Assembly: GCA_018263505.1 (NCBI GenBank)
Contig: JAANXA010000014.1
Location: forward strand, 4,319-68,318
DNA: 64,000 bases
From: Nitrosopumilus sp.
Lineage (GTDB): Archaea; Thermoproteota; Nitrososphaeria; Nitrososphaerales; Nitrosopumilaceae
Reading direction: 5' to 3'
The number at the start of each line of letters is the position of its first letter. The first letter of the stretch is position 1. The notes under the pieces were generated by a model. It did no database searches. It saw only the letters and a list, made by a program, of their open reading frames with translations, and was not told the origin of the DNA. Below, in pieces: positions 1 to 10,582 of the stretch. Made by a program: the position numbers and the translations under genes.

Positions 1-2
1 TT

Positions 3-749
<747 letters not shown>

Positions 750-750
750 T

Positions 751-3700
751 ATGTCTATTCAAGCAATTAAAGCAATTGATGGAATTCGTTTTTCTGTTTG
801 GTCTCCAACTGAAGTTAGAAAATACTCTGTTGCAGAAATAACTGCTCCTGAAACATATGATGAAGATGGAATGCCAGTTCAAGGTGGTCTTATGGATGGA
901 AGACTCGGAACTCTTGAACCTGGACAAAAATGTCTAACTTGTGGAAACACTGCAGCAAGATGCCCTGGACATTTTGGACATTTGGAACTTGCAGAACCAA
1001 TTTTACATATTGCATTTATTGATAATATCTACAAATTATTACAATCTACATGTCGTTCTTGTGCAAGACTCAAAGTGCCACAAGAAGATTTACAGGCTTT
1101 TAAAAATATTAAAGATAAACAAGCAGCATATACTACAATTTCTCAAAAACGTATCCCCGAACAAATTATTGAAAAAGCAAAGAAAGCAAAAGAATGCCCT
1201 CATTGCGGAAAAACACAATACGAATTAATCTTTACCAAACCAACAATCTTTGTTGAAAAAACAGAAATTGGTGAACATAGATTACTTCCAATTACAATTA
1301 GAGAAAGATTCTCACAAATTTTAGATGACGATTTAGCATTATTATCATATGATCCTGTTACTGCAAGACCTGAATGGTTTATTCTTCAAGCATTCCCAGT
1401 TCCTCCCGTAACTGTCAGACCTTCAATTATTCTTGAAACTGGAATTCGTTCAGAAGATGACTTGACTCACAAAATGGTAGATATCATTAGAGTAAATCAA
1501 AGACTAAAAGAAAGTAAGGATGCTGGAACTCCACCATTAATTGTTCAAGACTTGGTAGATTTGTTACAATATCACACAACAACATACTTTGATAATGAAG
1601 TGTCTGGAATTCCACAAGCTCATCACCGTTCTGGACGTCCATTGAAAACATTAACTCAAAGACTCAAAGGAAAAGAAGGACGATTTAGAGGTTCACTTTC
1701 TGGAAAGAGGGTTGATTTCTCAAGTAGAACTGTAATTTCACCTGATCCTAACTTGGATTTGTCTGAAGTTGGTGTACCAGAAACTGTTGCTATGAAATTA
1801 ACAATTCCTGAAATTGTAACTGAATGGAATATTGAAAGAATGAGAAAATTGGTAATAAATGGTCCTGAAAAATTCCCTGGTGTTAACTATATTGTAAGAC
1901 CAGATGGTGTAAAAATTAGATTAGATTTCGTAGAAGATCGTTCTACAATTGCTGAAACTCTTGAAATTGGATATTTGGTAGAACGACATCTTGCTGATGG
2001 TGATATTGTTATGTTCAATAGACAACCATCACTTCACCAAATGTCTATTATGGCCCATTATGTTAGAGTACTCCCAGGTAAAACATTCCGATTACACCCA
2101 TCTGTTTGTCCACCATACAATGCAGATTTCGATGGTGATGAAATGAATCTACATGTTCCTCAAAGTGAAGAAGCTAGAGCAGAAGCCATTTTGCTAATGA
2201 GAGTTCAAGATCAATTAATTTCTCCAAGATATGGTGGCCCAATTATCGGTGCATTAAGAGACTTTGTTACAGGAGCATATCTTTTAACGAAAGATGATAC
2301 CATATTAACTGTCCAAGAATTTTCAAATCTTGCAATGCTTGGTGGATATACTGAAACATTACCAAAACCTAAAACAAAAACTAAAGATGGAAAACCTGCA
2401 TACACTGGCAAACAATTATTCTCATTATTCCTTCCAAAAGATTTCAGTTATGTACTTACATCAAAATGGGCAAAAGGAACTGGTGGAAAAGAAAAAGACG
2501 TTGTAATTAAAAATGGTGAATTAATCAGTGGTGTTATTGATAAAACTTCCATTGGTGCAGAAGAACCAGAAAGTGTTTTGCATAGAATTGCAAAAGATTA
2601 TGGAAATCAAATTGGTAAAAATTTCTTAAACTCTACATTGATCATGGCAAAACAATTCATCACTCATTACGGTTTTAGTTATGGTTACGGTGACTTGGAA
2701 GTCCCAGAAAATAATGTACAACAAATCCTTGATGACATCCAAGAAACATATGATATTGTAGATGATTTAACTGATCAATATGAAAAAGGCACTCTCAAAC
2801 TCACAAGAGGTATGCGTGCTGAAGAAGCATTAGAAGCATACATTGTCAATGAATTAGGTAAAGCAAGAGATAAGGCTGGTTCAACAGCAAATAACTCCCT
2901 TGATGATTCTAATGCTGGAAAAATTATGGCTACTACTGGTGCTAGAGGTTCATCATTAAACGTAGGTCAAATGGCAGGTGCTTTGGGCCAACAATCAAGA
3001 AGAGGAAACAGAATGAATGATGGATATAACAATCGTGCTTTAACACATTACAAAGAAAATGATTCAAATCCTGATGCACATGGATTTGTAAAATCAAATT
3101 ACAGAACAGGTCTTTCTGCATTAGAATTTTTCTTTCATGCTATGGGTGGTCGTGAAGGACTTGTAGATACTGCAGTTAGAACACAACAAAGTGGATACAT
3201 GCAACGTAGATTGATCAACGCATTAGAACACATTAGATTAGAATATGATGGAACCGTTAGAGATCCTCATGGACACATTGTCCAATTTTTGTATGGTGAA
3301 GATGGAATTGATGTACAGAAAAGTGATCATGGTGAAGCATTTAACATTGTCCGATTAACCGAATCTCAAACCATTACAGATTCTGGAAAGAAAGCTGCCA
3401 AAGAAGATATTGAAACTTTAGTTAAGAAATACACAAAAACATTCAATCCTAGATTGGCAAAGAATGTGTCTGACACATTACTTAAATCTGGATTAAGTAA
3501 AGATGGTGTTGAAACTGTATGTAAGAAAGGATTATCTCTTTACAATAAAGCCAAAGTAGAACCTGGTGCAGCCGTAGGAATTGTTACTGCACAATCAATT
3601 GGTGAACCTGGTACTCAGATGACTTTGAGAACTTTCCACTTTGCAGGAATTAAAGAAAGAAATGTTACCTTAGGTTTACCAAGATTAATTGAATTAGTTG

Positions 3701-4545
3701 ATGCAAGAAAGAAACCTGTTACTCCAACTATGGATATCTATCTAGAAAAAGAATCTAAAACATCACGTGAAAAAGCAATTGAAGTTGCAAGAAATGTTTT
3801 ACAAACTAAAGTTAGTGCATTAATTGCTGATACTGAAACTGATTATGCTACAAATATCAAATTAATTTTAAGCGAAAATAGACTTAGAGAGAGGGGTTGT
3901 ACTATTTCTGAAGTAGAATCTGCATTATCATCAAATAAAAAATTCAAGATGGAAGTAACTGGTGAATTAATTACTCTAAATCTAGTTGAGGAATCTGACA
4001 CTGCAACTGTAATTGCAATTAGAAATAAAGTTCTAAACACGACTGTCAAAGGTGTTCCAGATATTGAACGAGTAACTCTTGTACAAAAAGACGATGAATG
4101 GGTAATTCAAACAACTGGTTCTAATGTTGCAAAATTACTTGAAGTAAAAGGTATTGATAAAACAAATGTTAGAACAAATAATGTATTTGAGATTGCAGGA
4201 ACTTTGGGAATCGAAGCTGCAAGAAATGCATTGATTGATGAACTTAATCACACTCTAGGTGATCAAGGATTAGAAGTTGATAATAGATACATCATGTTAG
4301 TAGCTGATTTAATGTGTTCACGTGGATATATGCAACAAATTGGTAGACATGGAATTGCAGGTACTAAAGACAGTGTTCTTGCAAGAGCTGCATTTGAAAT
4401 TACAGTACCAACAATTGCACATGCTGCACTTGGTGGAGAAATTGAACAACTCAAAGGTATCACTGAAAACGTAATTGTTGGAAGCAACATTCCAATTGGA
4501 AGTGGTACTGTTGACCTCTACATGCAAGTAAGTAAAAAGAAATAG
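751..4545 (+). CDS. rpoA: DNA-directed RNA polymerase subunit A (Rpo1), unsplit A'+A'' fusion, 1264 aa
   Basis: N-terminal Zn motifs (CLTCGN..CPGHFGH). Catalytic NADFDGDEMN. Trigger-loop region AQSIGEPGTQMTLRTFHFAG lies in the same ORF. Confidence 0.96.
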   Translation: MSIQAIKAIDGIRFSVWSPTEVRKYSVAEITAPETYDEDGMPVQGGLMDGRLGTLEPGQKCLTCGNTAARCPGHFGHLELAEPILHIAFIDNIYKLLQSTCRSCARLKVPQEDLQAFKNIKDKQAAYTTISQKRIPEQIIEKAKKAKECPHCGKTQYELIFTKPTIFVEKTEIGEHRLLPITIRERFSQILDDDLALLSYDPVTARPEWFILQAFPVPPVTVRPSIILETGIRSEDDLTHKMVDIIRVNQRLKESKDAGTPPLIVQDLVDLLQYHTTTYFDNEVSGIPQAHHRSGRPLKTLTQRLKGKEGRFRGSLSGKRVDFSSRTVISPDPNLDLSEVGVPETVAMKLTIPEIVTEWNIERMRKLVINGPEKFPGVNYIVRPDGVKIRLDFVEDRSTIAETLEIGYLVERHLADGDIVMFNRQPSLHQMSIMAHYVRVLPGKTFRLHPSVCPPYNADFDGDEMNLHVPQSEEARAEAILLMRVQDQLISPRYGGPIIGALRDFVTGAYLLTKDDTILTVQEFSNLAMLGGYTETLPKPKTKTKDGKPAYTGKQLFSLFLPKDFSYVLTSKWAKGTGGKEKDVVIKNGELISGVIDKTSIGAEEPESVLHRIAKDYGNQIGKNFLNSTLIMAKQFITHYGFSYGYGDLEVPENNVQQILDDIQETYDIVDDLTDQYEKGTLKLTRGMRAEEALEAYIVNELGKARDKAGSTANNSLDDSNAGKIMATTGARGSSLNVGQMAGALGQQSRRGNRMNDGYNNRALTHYKENDSNPDAHGFVKSNYRTGLSALEFFFHAMGGREGLVDTAVRTQQSGYMQRRLINALEHIRLEYDGTVRDPHGHIVQFLYGEDGIDVQKSDHGEAFNIVRLTESQTITDSGKKAAKEDIETLVKKYTKTFNPRLAKNVSDTLLKSGLSKDGVETVCKKGLSLYNKAKVEPGAAVGIVTAQSIGEPGTQMTLRTFHFAGIKERNVTLGLPRLIELVDARKKPVTPTMDIYLEKESKTSREKAIEVARNVLQTKVSALIADTETDYATNIKLILSENRLRERGCTISEVESALSSNKKFKMEVTGELITLNLVEESDTATVIAIRNKVLNTTVKGVPDIERVTLVQKDDEWVIQTTGSNVAKLLEVKGIDKTNVRTNNVFEIAGTLGIEAARNALIDELNHTLGDQGLEVDNRYIMLVADLMCSRGYMQQIGRHGIAGTKDSVLARAAFEITVPTIAHAALGGEIEQLKGITENVIVGSNIPIGSGTVDLYMQVSKKK

Positions 4546-4571
4546 GAGAAAATTTGAATTAGGTAACTACT

Positions 4572-4802
4572 ATGGCTGACGAAATTTCAACACTAATGGC
4601 AAAAAACAAAAACAAAAAAGTATTACTCCGATTAAGAAATTCAAAAACTATTACTGGTATTCTAAAAGATTTTGATATTCATATGAATTTAACATTAGAA
4701 GATACTGAAGAGGAATTTGAAGGAAAAACTGAAAAAGTTGGAAAAACTCTTTTACGTGGCGATAATATTTTGCTAATCTCATTACCAAAAGAAGAATCTT
4801 AA
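4572..4802 (+). CDS. Sm-like (LSm/SmAP) RNA-binding protein
   Basis: 76 aa. Sm1/Sm2-like pattern ...GILKDFDIHMNLTLED...LLRGDNILLIS. Confidence 0.8.
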   Translation: MADEISTLMAKNKNKKVLLRLRNSKTITGILKDFDIHMNLTLEDTEEEFEGKTEKVGKTLLRGDNILLISLPKEES

Positions 4803-4973
4803 ATTTTAATTACTCAAAATAACTAATTTGTAAATTATCTTTAGTTGATTATAAAAATTTATTCAATCTTTTTTAATTTTATTTGTCTTAATTGTTATTT
4901 TTTTTGATAATTATCTACGTATGAATCTTCAATAAATCTATAAAGGACTCTGAATGTGATTTGCATAAGGAAT

Positions 4974-5291
4974 ATGAGTAAAATACTTGAAAAATCATTG
5001 AAAGATGCACTCAAAGAAGAAAAATTAACAATGGGTGCAAGACAAGTTTTAAACTCCGTTAAAAATTCCAAACTAATTGTGTTATCTCAATCAGTAAAAA
5101 AAGAAATGTTTGAGAAAATTGAATCAGATGCAAAAAAAGAAAAAATACCTTTAGTAAACTTTCAGGGAACTTCAGTCGCATTAGGAAGATTATGTGGCTT
5201 ACAATTTAGAATTTCAACTCTATCTTTCACTTCACTAGATGACGCAAATCTAAAATCAATTTTAAAGGACACAGAATCTGAAAATGAATAA
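4974..5291 (+). CDS. rpl30e: 50S ribosomal protein L30e (L7Ae/L30e fold)
   Basis: Lies between rpoA and nusA-S12-S7, as in the conserved archaeal operon, with L30e-like sequence. ATG at 4974 preferred over the ORF-track start at 4956. Confidence 0.8.
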   Translation: MSKILEKSLKDALKEEKLTMGARQVLNSVKNSKLIVLSQSVKKEMFEKIESDAKKEKIPLVNFQGTSVALGRLCGLQFRISTLSFTSLDDANLKSILKDTESENE

Positions 5292-5354
5292 TTGTATATT
5301 TCTGAATGTAAGTTTAAATGAGACATTTTTTGTTGGAGATAAAAAGGAATTATA

Positions 5355-5819
5355 ATGACACAATCAATTAAACTCACCACAGATCAAATGCGTATGATGT
5401 CTTTATTCCAAAATGTAACTGGTGCAACTGCACGTGATTGCATCGATGATGAAAAACAAAATCGAGTTATCTTTGTAGTAAATAATGGAAAAATGGGCCT
5501 TGCAATTGGAAAGGGTGGAATGCACATCAAGTCATTACAAAATATTGTAAAAAGAAATGTGGAATTAGTTGAATTTGATGATGACCCTGCAAAATTTTTG
5601 GGTAGTTTGTTGAATTCCAAACTAATTTCCGATGTTAAAATAAATAACCGTCCAGATGGAACAAAACAGGCAATTGTTATGGTAGATCCTAGAAAGAAAG
5701 GCATTGTTGTTGGTAGAGAAGGTAGAAATGCAGAAAAAGCAAGACTCCTTGCAAAAAGATATTTCAATATTACTAGTGTTTTGATAAATAGTCCTGAAAG
5801 GACAACAATGGAGATATAA
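5355..5819 (+). CDS. nusA: Archaeal NusA-like transcription termination factor (two KH domains)
   Basis: GXXG KH motifs (IGKGGMHIK, VGREGRNAEK). Conserved position before S12. Confidence 0.85.
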   Translation: MTQSIKLTTDQMRMMSLFQNVTGATARDCIDDEKQNRVIFVVNNGKMGLAIGKGGMHIKSLQNIVKRNVELVEFDDDPAKFLGSLLNSKLISDVKINNRPDGTKQAIVMVDPRKKGIVVGREGRNAEKARLLAKRYFNITSVLINSPERTTMEI

Positions 5820-5822
5820 GAA

Positions 5823-6260
5823 TTGAGAAAATCACCACTTGGGTTATTTGCAGGAAGAGTACTTACTACTAAAAAGAAAAAACAACGATGGGCAATATCT
5901 ACTTACAAAAGAAGAGAATTGGGAATTGATAAAAAGGCTGATCCTTTAGGTGGAGCACCACAAGCAAGGGGTATTGTTTTAGAAAAAGTAGGAATTGCAG
6001 CAAAACAGCCAAACTCTGCAATTCGAAAATGTGTAAGGGTACAATTAATCAAAAATGGTAAAACAGTTACAGCATTTTTACCACGAGATGGTGCTATGAA
6101 CTTTATTGATGAACATGATGAGGTACATATTCAAGGGATGGGTGCAACACAAGGTGGTGCAATGGGAGATATTCCTGGTGTTAGATTCAAAGTTTTCAAA
6201 GTTAATGGTACGGCACTTCATGAATTAGTCATTGGAAAGAAGGAAAAACCAAGGAGATAG
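5823..6260 (+). CDS. rps12: 30S ribosomal protein S12 (uS12)
   Basis: [20 protein letters not shown] signature. Apparent TTG start. Confidence 0.95.
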   Translation: MRKSPLGLFAGRVLTTKKKKQRWAISTYKRRELGIDKKADPLGGAPQARGIVLEKVGIAAKQPNSAIRKCVRVQLIKNGKTVTAFLPRDGAMNFIDEHDEVHIQGMGATQGGAMGDIPGVRFKVFKVNGTALHELVIGKKEKPRR

Positions 6261-6264
6261 AAAA

Positions 6265-6864
6265 ATGGCTGAAACTAAAAATTTATTGTTGTTTAGAAAA
6301 TGGGATTTATCAAACATCGAAGTTAAGGATCCTGGTCTAAAAACTGCAATCTCTTTAAGAAAACAAATCTTACCTTATACTTTTGGACGTTCAGCACTTA
6401 AACGATTCAATAAAGCTGATGTGAATATTGTTGAAAGATTAATGAATAAAACAATGCATTTTGGGAAAAAATATGCAAAAAATACTGGTAGAATGACTGG
6501 AAAGAAAACTAAGGTTCTCAATACTGTAAAAACAGCATTTGATATAATTTCGTTAAAAACTGGTCAAAATCCTGTTGAAGTATTAGTTAGAGCTGTAGAA
6601 TTTTCAGCACCAAATGAAGATACAACTAGAATTGTTTATGGTGGAACTGTTTACCATGTTTCAGTTGATGTTGCTCCGATTAGAAGAGTTGACTTAGCTT
6701 TAAAATTCATCTCTGATGCTATCAAAGAAGCAACATTTTCAAATCCTAAACCCATTGAAGAGCATATGGCTGAACAATTAATGCTTGCTGCAAATAATGA
6801 TCCTTCAGCTCCTTCTGTAAAGAAGAAAAATGAATTAGAAAGAATTGCACAAGCATCAAGATAG
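6265..6864 (+). CDS. rps7: 30S ribosomal protein S7 (uS7)
   Basis: S7-like sequence directly after S12. ATG at 6265 (MAETKN) preferred over the overlapping upstream ORF start. Confidence 0.92.
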   Translation: MAETKNLLLFRKWDLSNIEVKDPGLKTAISLRKQILPYTFGRSALKRFNKADVNIVERLMNKTMHFGKKYAKNTGRMTGKKTKVLNTVKTAFDIISLKTGQNPVEVLVRAVEFSAPNEDTTRIVYGGTVYHVSVDVAPIRRVDLALKFISDAIKEATFSNPKPIEEHMAEQLMLAANNDPSAPSVKKKNELERIAQASR

Positions 6865-6888
6865 AATTTTTACAAATAATTTTTAGAG

Positions 6889-6976
6889 TAGCCCGAGGCA
6901 GATTCGAACTGCCGTCTCCGCCTATCCACTCTTGAGATCCAGAGGGCAGAATCCTTGACCGCTAGACTATCGGGCT
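6889..6976 (-). tRNA. tRNA-Gln(CUG) with a ~15-nt intron at the canonical 37/38 position
   Basis: Hand fold of the reverse complement: acceptor AGCCCGA/TCGGGCT, D arm GTCT-AGCGGTCAA-GGAT, anticodon stem CTGCC/GGCGG, loop CTCTGG[intron ATCTCAAGAGTGGAT]A, T arm GGCAG-TTCGAAT-CTGCC, discriminator A. No encoded CCA. Confidence 0.75.
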
Positions 6977-7020
6977 ACCAAAACAAATTCTGATCTTTTA
7001 GAATATAATGATTTGCTGAA

Positions 7021-7350
7021 TTATTTTATTCTGACTTCATGAATTGCAGTTGCATAATCACATGTTGCCTTTAATCTCATATATGGAATTAATTTAAAAT
7101 GGATTGAATAGATATTTTTTTCCTTTAACAAAATTCCTTTTTGTAGTAATGATGCCAATCCTCTTGATGGAATATTAATTGAAATATTTTTTTCCTCACA
7201 AATTTTTTGTCTTTTATTTTGAAATTGTTTTAGTGTAAATGTAACATCATTGATTTCTAAAATTAATGGCCAAATAATTTTTGCCCACACAAATCTTCTA
7301 TTTTCTGTAGCTGATGCATACTTGCCTTTTTCACTCAACATTAATAACAA
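7021..7350 (-). CDS. hypothetical protein (109 aa)
   Basis: Only an ORF in an otherwise unoccupied interval. No recognisable motif. Confidence 0.4.
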   Translation of the reverse strand: MLLMLSEKGKYASATENRRFVWAKIIWPLILEINDVTFTLKQFQNKRQKICEEKNISINIPSRGLASLLQKGILLKEKNIYSIHFKLIPYMRLKATCDYATAIHEVRIK

Positions 7351-7376
7351 CAGTTTCTCATGTTATAACTTGATAG

Positions 7377-8081
7377 TTGTCTCAAAACGAAATTGAAGAA
7401 TCATTGAATCTATTAGAAAAAAATTGGGATGTGGATCCGATATTACGAAAATTCATGTTGGGAAAAATATCCGATGTATCTGATTATCCAGTTAAAGTCA
7501 AAAATGTTGTTTTTCATGTTCCCTATCTAAATTCAGAAAAAAAATATATCTTATGGAAATGCTTTTGGCCTGATTGTCATAATTGTTGTGATCGACAAGG
7601 TAGATTACCATTAACCTCTGATGATTTGATAACTATTGGTAAGGGTTTGAAATATCAAAAAGTTTCAGATTTCATAAAAAACGAAACATTGACTGTAACC
7701 TATAGAGAATCTGGACCTTCAGGTCAGATGACTACAATGACAACAATTAATCTAAAAAGAAAAAAAGATGAAACCGAAAAAGATGATGGAACTCATATTT
7801 CCTGTAGATTTTTAGATGATGAAGGTGGTTGCAGTATGCATCCTGAGAGACCTGGTGTGTGCTACTTGTATCCCTTTTCGACTTGGCTTGAAAATGAAAA
7901 AGGAATTGCACGAGTTCATGCCACATACCAATTTACTGGCGATTGTCCTGGATTTTATTTAGCTGATAATTTAGATCAAATGAAAGATGAATTACGAGAA
8001 TATTCTAAAATGATTTATGATTACAATATGGCATCAAATAGAACAAATCGTGAAGGGTTTGGTTCAGTTAGTTTCAGTTAA
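7377..8081 (+). CDS. YkgJ/UPF0153-type cysteine-cluster (putative Fe-S/Zn-binding) protein
   Basis: CFWPDCHNCC followed by CRFLDDEGGCSMHPERPGVCYLYPF, the pattern typical of the CxxCxxCC family. Confidence 0.7.
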   Translation: MSQNEIEESLNLLEKNWDVDPILRKFMLGKISDVSDYPVKVKNVVFHVPYLNSEKKYILWKCFWPDCHNCCDRQGRLPLTSDDLITIGKGLKYQKVSDFIKNETLTVTYRESGPSGQMTTMTTINLKRKKDETEKDDGTHISCRFLDDEGGCSMHPERPGVCYLYPFSTWLENEKGIARVHATYQFTGDCPGFYLADNLDQMKDELREYSKMIYDYNMASNRTNREGFGSVSFS

Positions 8082-9091
8082 GCTTTTGCAACTTTAAGCA
8101 AATCAGATATTTTAATATCCATTCCAAATCTATCTTCATTCTTTTTCATATAACGAAAAATTGCTAAAAAGTCTGGTAATGCTTTGAAGAAACTAAAGTC
8201 TTTGTGAATTTTTGCCCTTACAAAATTGAAAACTTTTGCATATATTTTGTAATGCTTTTCAATTGCTTTTTCATATGCTTTAAAGTCGTTCATATTCTCA
8301 ACAAAAATATCCACACATTGCATACTTGGAATTATTCCTTCACCTAACAATGCATACACAGTACCAATTGATTCCCCTACACCAACAACTTTTCCGGAAT
8401 AGTACGGTTTACATCTATCTGGTGTAGCAAGTCTTATTGGACGTCCTTTAGTTTGTAGAACTTTACCTCCATGTTTCTTAAGAAATGCATCTGTTGCTTT
8501 GATGTGATTTTTATTATAATCTCCAGCACCTATATGGGCCCATTTCTCACCCAATGGAAAATACCAAAAATATCCTGACATTCCTGGAAATGGTTCAATG
8601 TAAAAATCATCATATGGAAGTCCATTTTCATATTCTACTTTGTATTCATATGTAGGTAAAAAGAAATCTTCTTTCATCTTTGGTAAATATACTCTGTTAA
8701 ATCCTGTACAATCTACAATCATGTCGTACTCTTTTTCAAGATCTTCAAGTTTTGGAGATTTTCCATAGATTATTTTAGAATCTTTAATGAAATCTTTGAT
8801 TAATGCTAATTTGTCATATGTACACATTCCGTGTAAACCAATATCAAATTTGATATCATCACTCATTTTTACATGCATATTTTTTCCATCATGAATTAGA
8901 AAATCATCAAAATTCCTACCCGTTTTTTTACAAAATTCACGTAGGATTGGTTTTATTGTCCCCCATGCACAAATTGAATCATGTCTTTCCTCGACATTTC
9001 TTTCATACCCTACTACTTCATGTTCAGAATCTTTTAGTCTAGCTATGAGATATGACCCTGCTACACCCATTCCCATTACTGCAATCTTCAA
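8078..9091 (-). CDS. FAD/NAD(P)-dependent oxidoreductase, geranylgeranyl-reductase-like
   Basis: N-terminal Rossmann motif MKIAVMGMGVAGSYLIARL...E. Size and overall pattern resemble GGR-family flavoproteins. Confidence 0.75.
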   Translation of the reverse strand: MKIAVMGMGVAGSYLIARLKDSEHEVVGYERNVEERHDSICAWGTIKPILREFCKKTGRNFDDFLIHDGKNMHVKMSDDIKFDIGLHGMCTYDKLALIKDFIKDSKIIYGKSPKLEDLEKEYDMIVDCTGFNRVYLPKMKEDFFLPTYEYKVEYENGLPYDDFYIEPFPGMSGYFWYFPLGEKWAHIGAGDYNKNHIKATDAFLKKHGGKVLQTKGRPIRLATPDRCKPYYSGKVVGVGESIGTVYALLGEGIIPSMQCVDIFVENMNDFKAYEKAIEKHYKIYAKVFNFVRAKIHKDFSFFKALPDFLAIFRYMKKNEDRFGMDIKISDLLKVAKA

Positions 9092-9199
9092 GATAATCTG
9101 GCAATTTGTTTATCCTAATAAATACACTTTCTGAAAGTTGTTTTCATAGTAGAAAACAATGGTACTTGTTAAATATCAAAACATTGTACACATAATTAA

Positions 9200-9344
9200 G
9201 AAAAGGCCGCCTCTCGTCTGATAATAAAACATTACAGACCTTAAGGCAAGTCACTGTCATCAGAAAACTCTTGTTTCTGATCTTAAGTGTCGAGTTGTCA
9301 TCAGAAACCTTTGGTTCTGGTCTTAAACTCATAATTGCCTTTTC
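9200..9344 (+). repeat. Three tandem ~41-nt hairpin+CTTAA modules enclosed by an 8-bp helix; candidate structured RNA/leader or operator array
   Basis: gaaaaggc (9200-9207) is complementary to gccttttc (9337-9344). Hairpins: gtctg/cagac (9216-9239), atcagaaa/tttctgat (9259-9281), atcagaa/ttctggt (9300-9321). Each is followed by cttaa(g/a) at 9240, 9282 and 9322. Confidence 0.5.
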
Positions 9345-9380
9345 GTTCAATTAAATTTGGGAGTTAACTTATGTTGTATT

Positions 9381-9983
9381 ATGGATACCTTTGATGCAAT
9401 TAAAACCCGACGAGCTATTAAGAAATTTGATAGCTCACATAAAATGAGTTCTGAAGAGATTAAATCATTAATGGAACATGTAATTTTGTCTCCTACTAGT
9501 TACAATCAACAAAACTGGAGATTCATTACTGTCACAGATCAGGATATTAAAAATAAAATCTCTAAAGCTGCAAGAGATCAAGCTCAACCAAGAGATGGTT
9601 CTTTGGTAATTGTACTTTGTGGAAACATGAATGCTTGGAAAGAAGAACCATTACGTTATTGGAAAAATAATACTTTGGAAAAACAGGAACTTGTGAAAAA
9701 TTCATTATCTAAAAAATATGCTGACAGTCCACAAAATCGTCGTGATGAAGCAATTCGTTCATGTGGATTTGCAGGACAAACAATTATGCTTGCAGCAAAA
9801 CAGATGGGTTTAGATTCTTGTCCAATGGTTGGATTTGATTATGATGAATTAGCAGATATTGTCAAATTGCCTGAAGATCATCTAATTGTATTGATGATTG
9901 TAGTTGGTAAAGCATTAGAACCTGCTGGAGAACGTGGTGGACAACTCCCTCTAAATGAAGTAGTATTTGAAAATCATTTCTAG
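9381..9983 (+). CDS. nitroreductase-family flavoprotein
   Basis: MDTFDAIKTRRAIKKF N-terminus and SYNQQNWRF are typical of the nitroreductase fold. ATG at 9381 preferred. Confidence 0.85.
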   Translation: MDTFDAIKTRRAIKKFDSSHKMSSEEIKSLMEHVILSPTSYNQQNWRFITVTDQDIKNKISKAARDQAQPRDGSLVIVLCGNMNAWKEEPLRYWKNNTLEKQELVKNSLSKKYADSPQNRRDEAIRSCGFAGQTIMLAAKQMGLDSCPMVGFDYDELADIVKLPEDHLIVLMIVVGKALEPAGERGGQLPLNEVVFENHF

Positions 9984-10057
9984 GCTCCATTTTTGATTAT
10001 TTTTAATCTCAATTAACTTCAATACGCTTAAGTTTAGAATTTTTACAGTAAAGTTAC

Positions 10058-10174
10058 ATGGATAAACGTGATGGGTTAGTATTAGCTGGAATTTTAACTG
10101 CAGGTGCAGTTGCAGTATCTTTTATGGTATTAGTTGCAAATGGAATTATTGGGCATCCATTTTTGGATATTTAA
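10058..10174 (+). CDS. possible 38-aa membrane miniprotein (not in ORF track)
   Basis: ATG..TAA ORF MDKRDGLVLAGILTAGAVAVSFMVLVANGIIGHPFLDI, with one hydrophobic helix. Confidence 0.3.
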   Translation: MDKRDGLVLAGILTAGAVAVSFMVLVANGIIGHPFLDI

Positions 10175-10211
10175 AAATCTGAAAAAATAAAAAAAGAAAT
10201 TAGAAATTTTT

Positions 10212-10403
10212 CTAGAATTCTATAACTGATCCTGCTGAAATTGTATATTTCTGATTTTGTTGCTCTCCATGAACATCATACCATGCGACATTCAAATTCA
10301 CTTTGTTTCTTAATGCAGACTCTATTGTAATACAACTTGCATGTCTTAGTCTGTCTTGAATTGATTTTTTTTGTATTGTGTTTTCTTCTATTTGTTCTTT
10401 CAT
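10212..10403 (-). CDS. hypothetical protein (63 aa)
   Basis: ORF only. Confidence 0.35.
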   Translation of the reverse strand: MKEQIEENTIQKKSIQDRLRHASCITIESALRNKVNLNVAWYDVHGEQQNQKYTISAGSVIEF

Positions 10404-10582
10404 ATGTTATAACAAAATATTTTGATTTAGCAACTTGAGTAAAAATAAATTTTTGATCGCTTGATCAATTTTGACTAGAATATTTTTTGATAATTTTTTT
10501 CCTAACTACGTATCTTTTTTTTAAAATCTAAAAATTCATCTTTAATTAAAACCATTCTTGAAGAATTAACAGATTTTTTAAT

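Noticed and set aside
4891-4921. Shared motif ttttttgataatt...ctacgtat, also seen at about 10483-10515
   Set aside because: It is short, AT-rich and partly low-complexity, and the orientation relative to neighbouring genes is inconsistent. Probably chance.
9144-9350. 68-aa minus-strand ORF covering the hairpin-repeat region
   Set aside because: The peptide is implausible. It fully overlaps the tandem hairpin modules, and the ORF is best explained as a by-product of the repeat structure.
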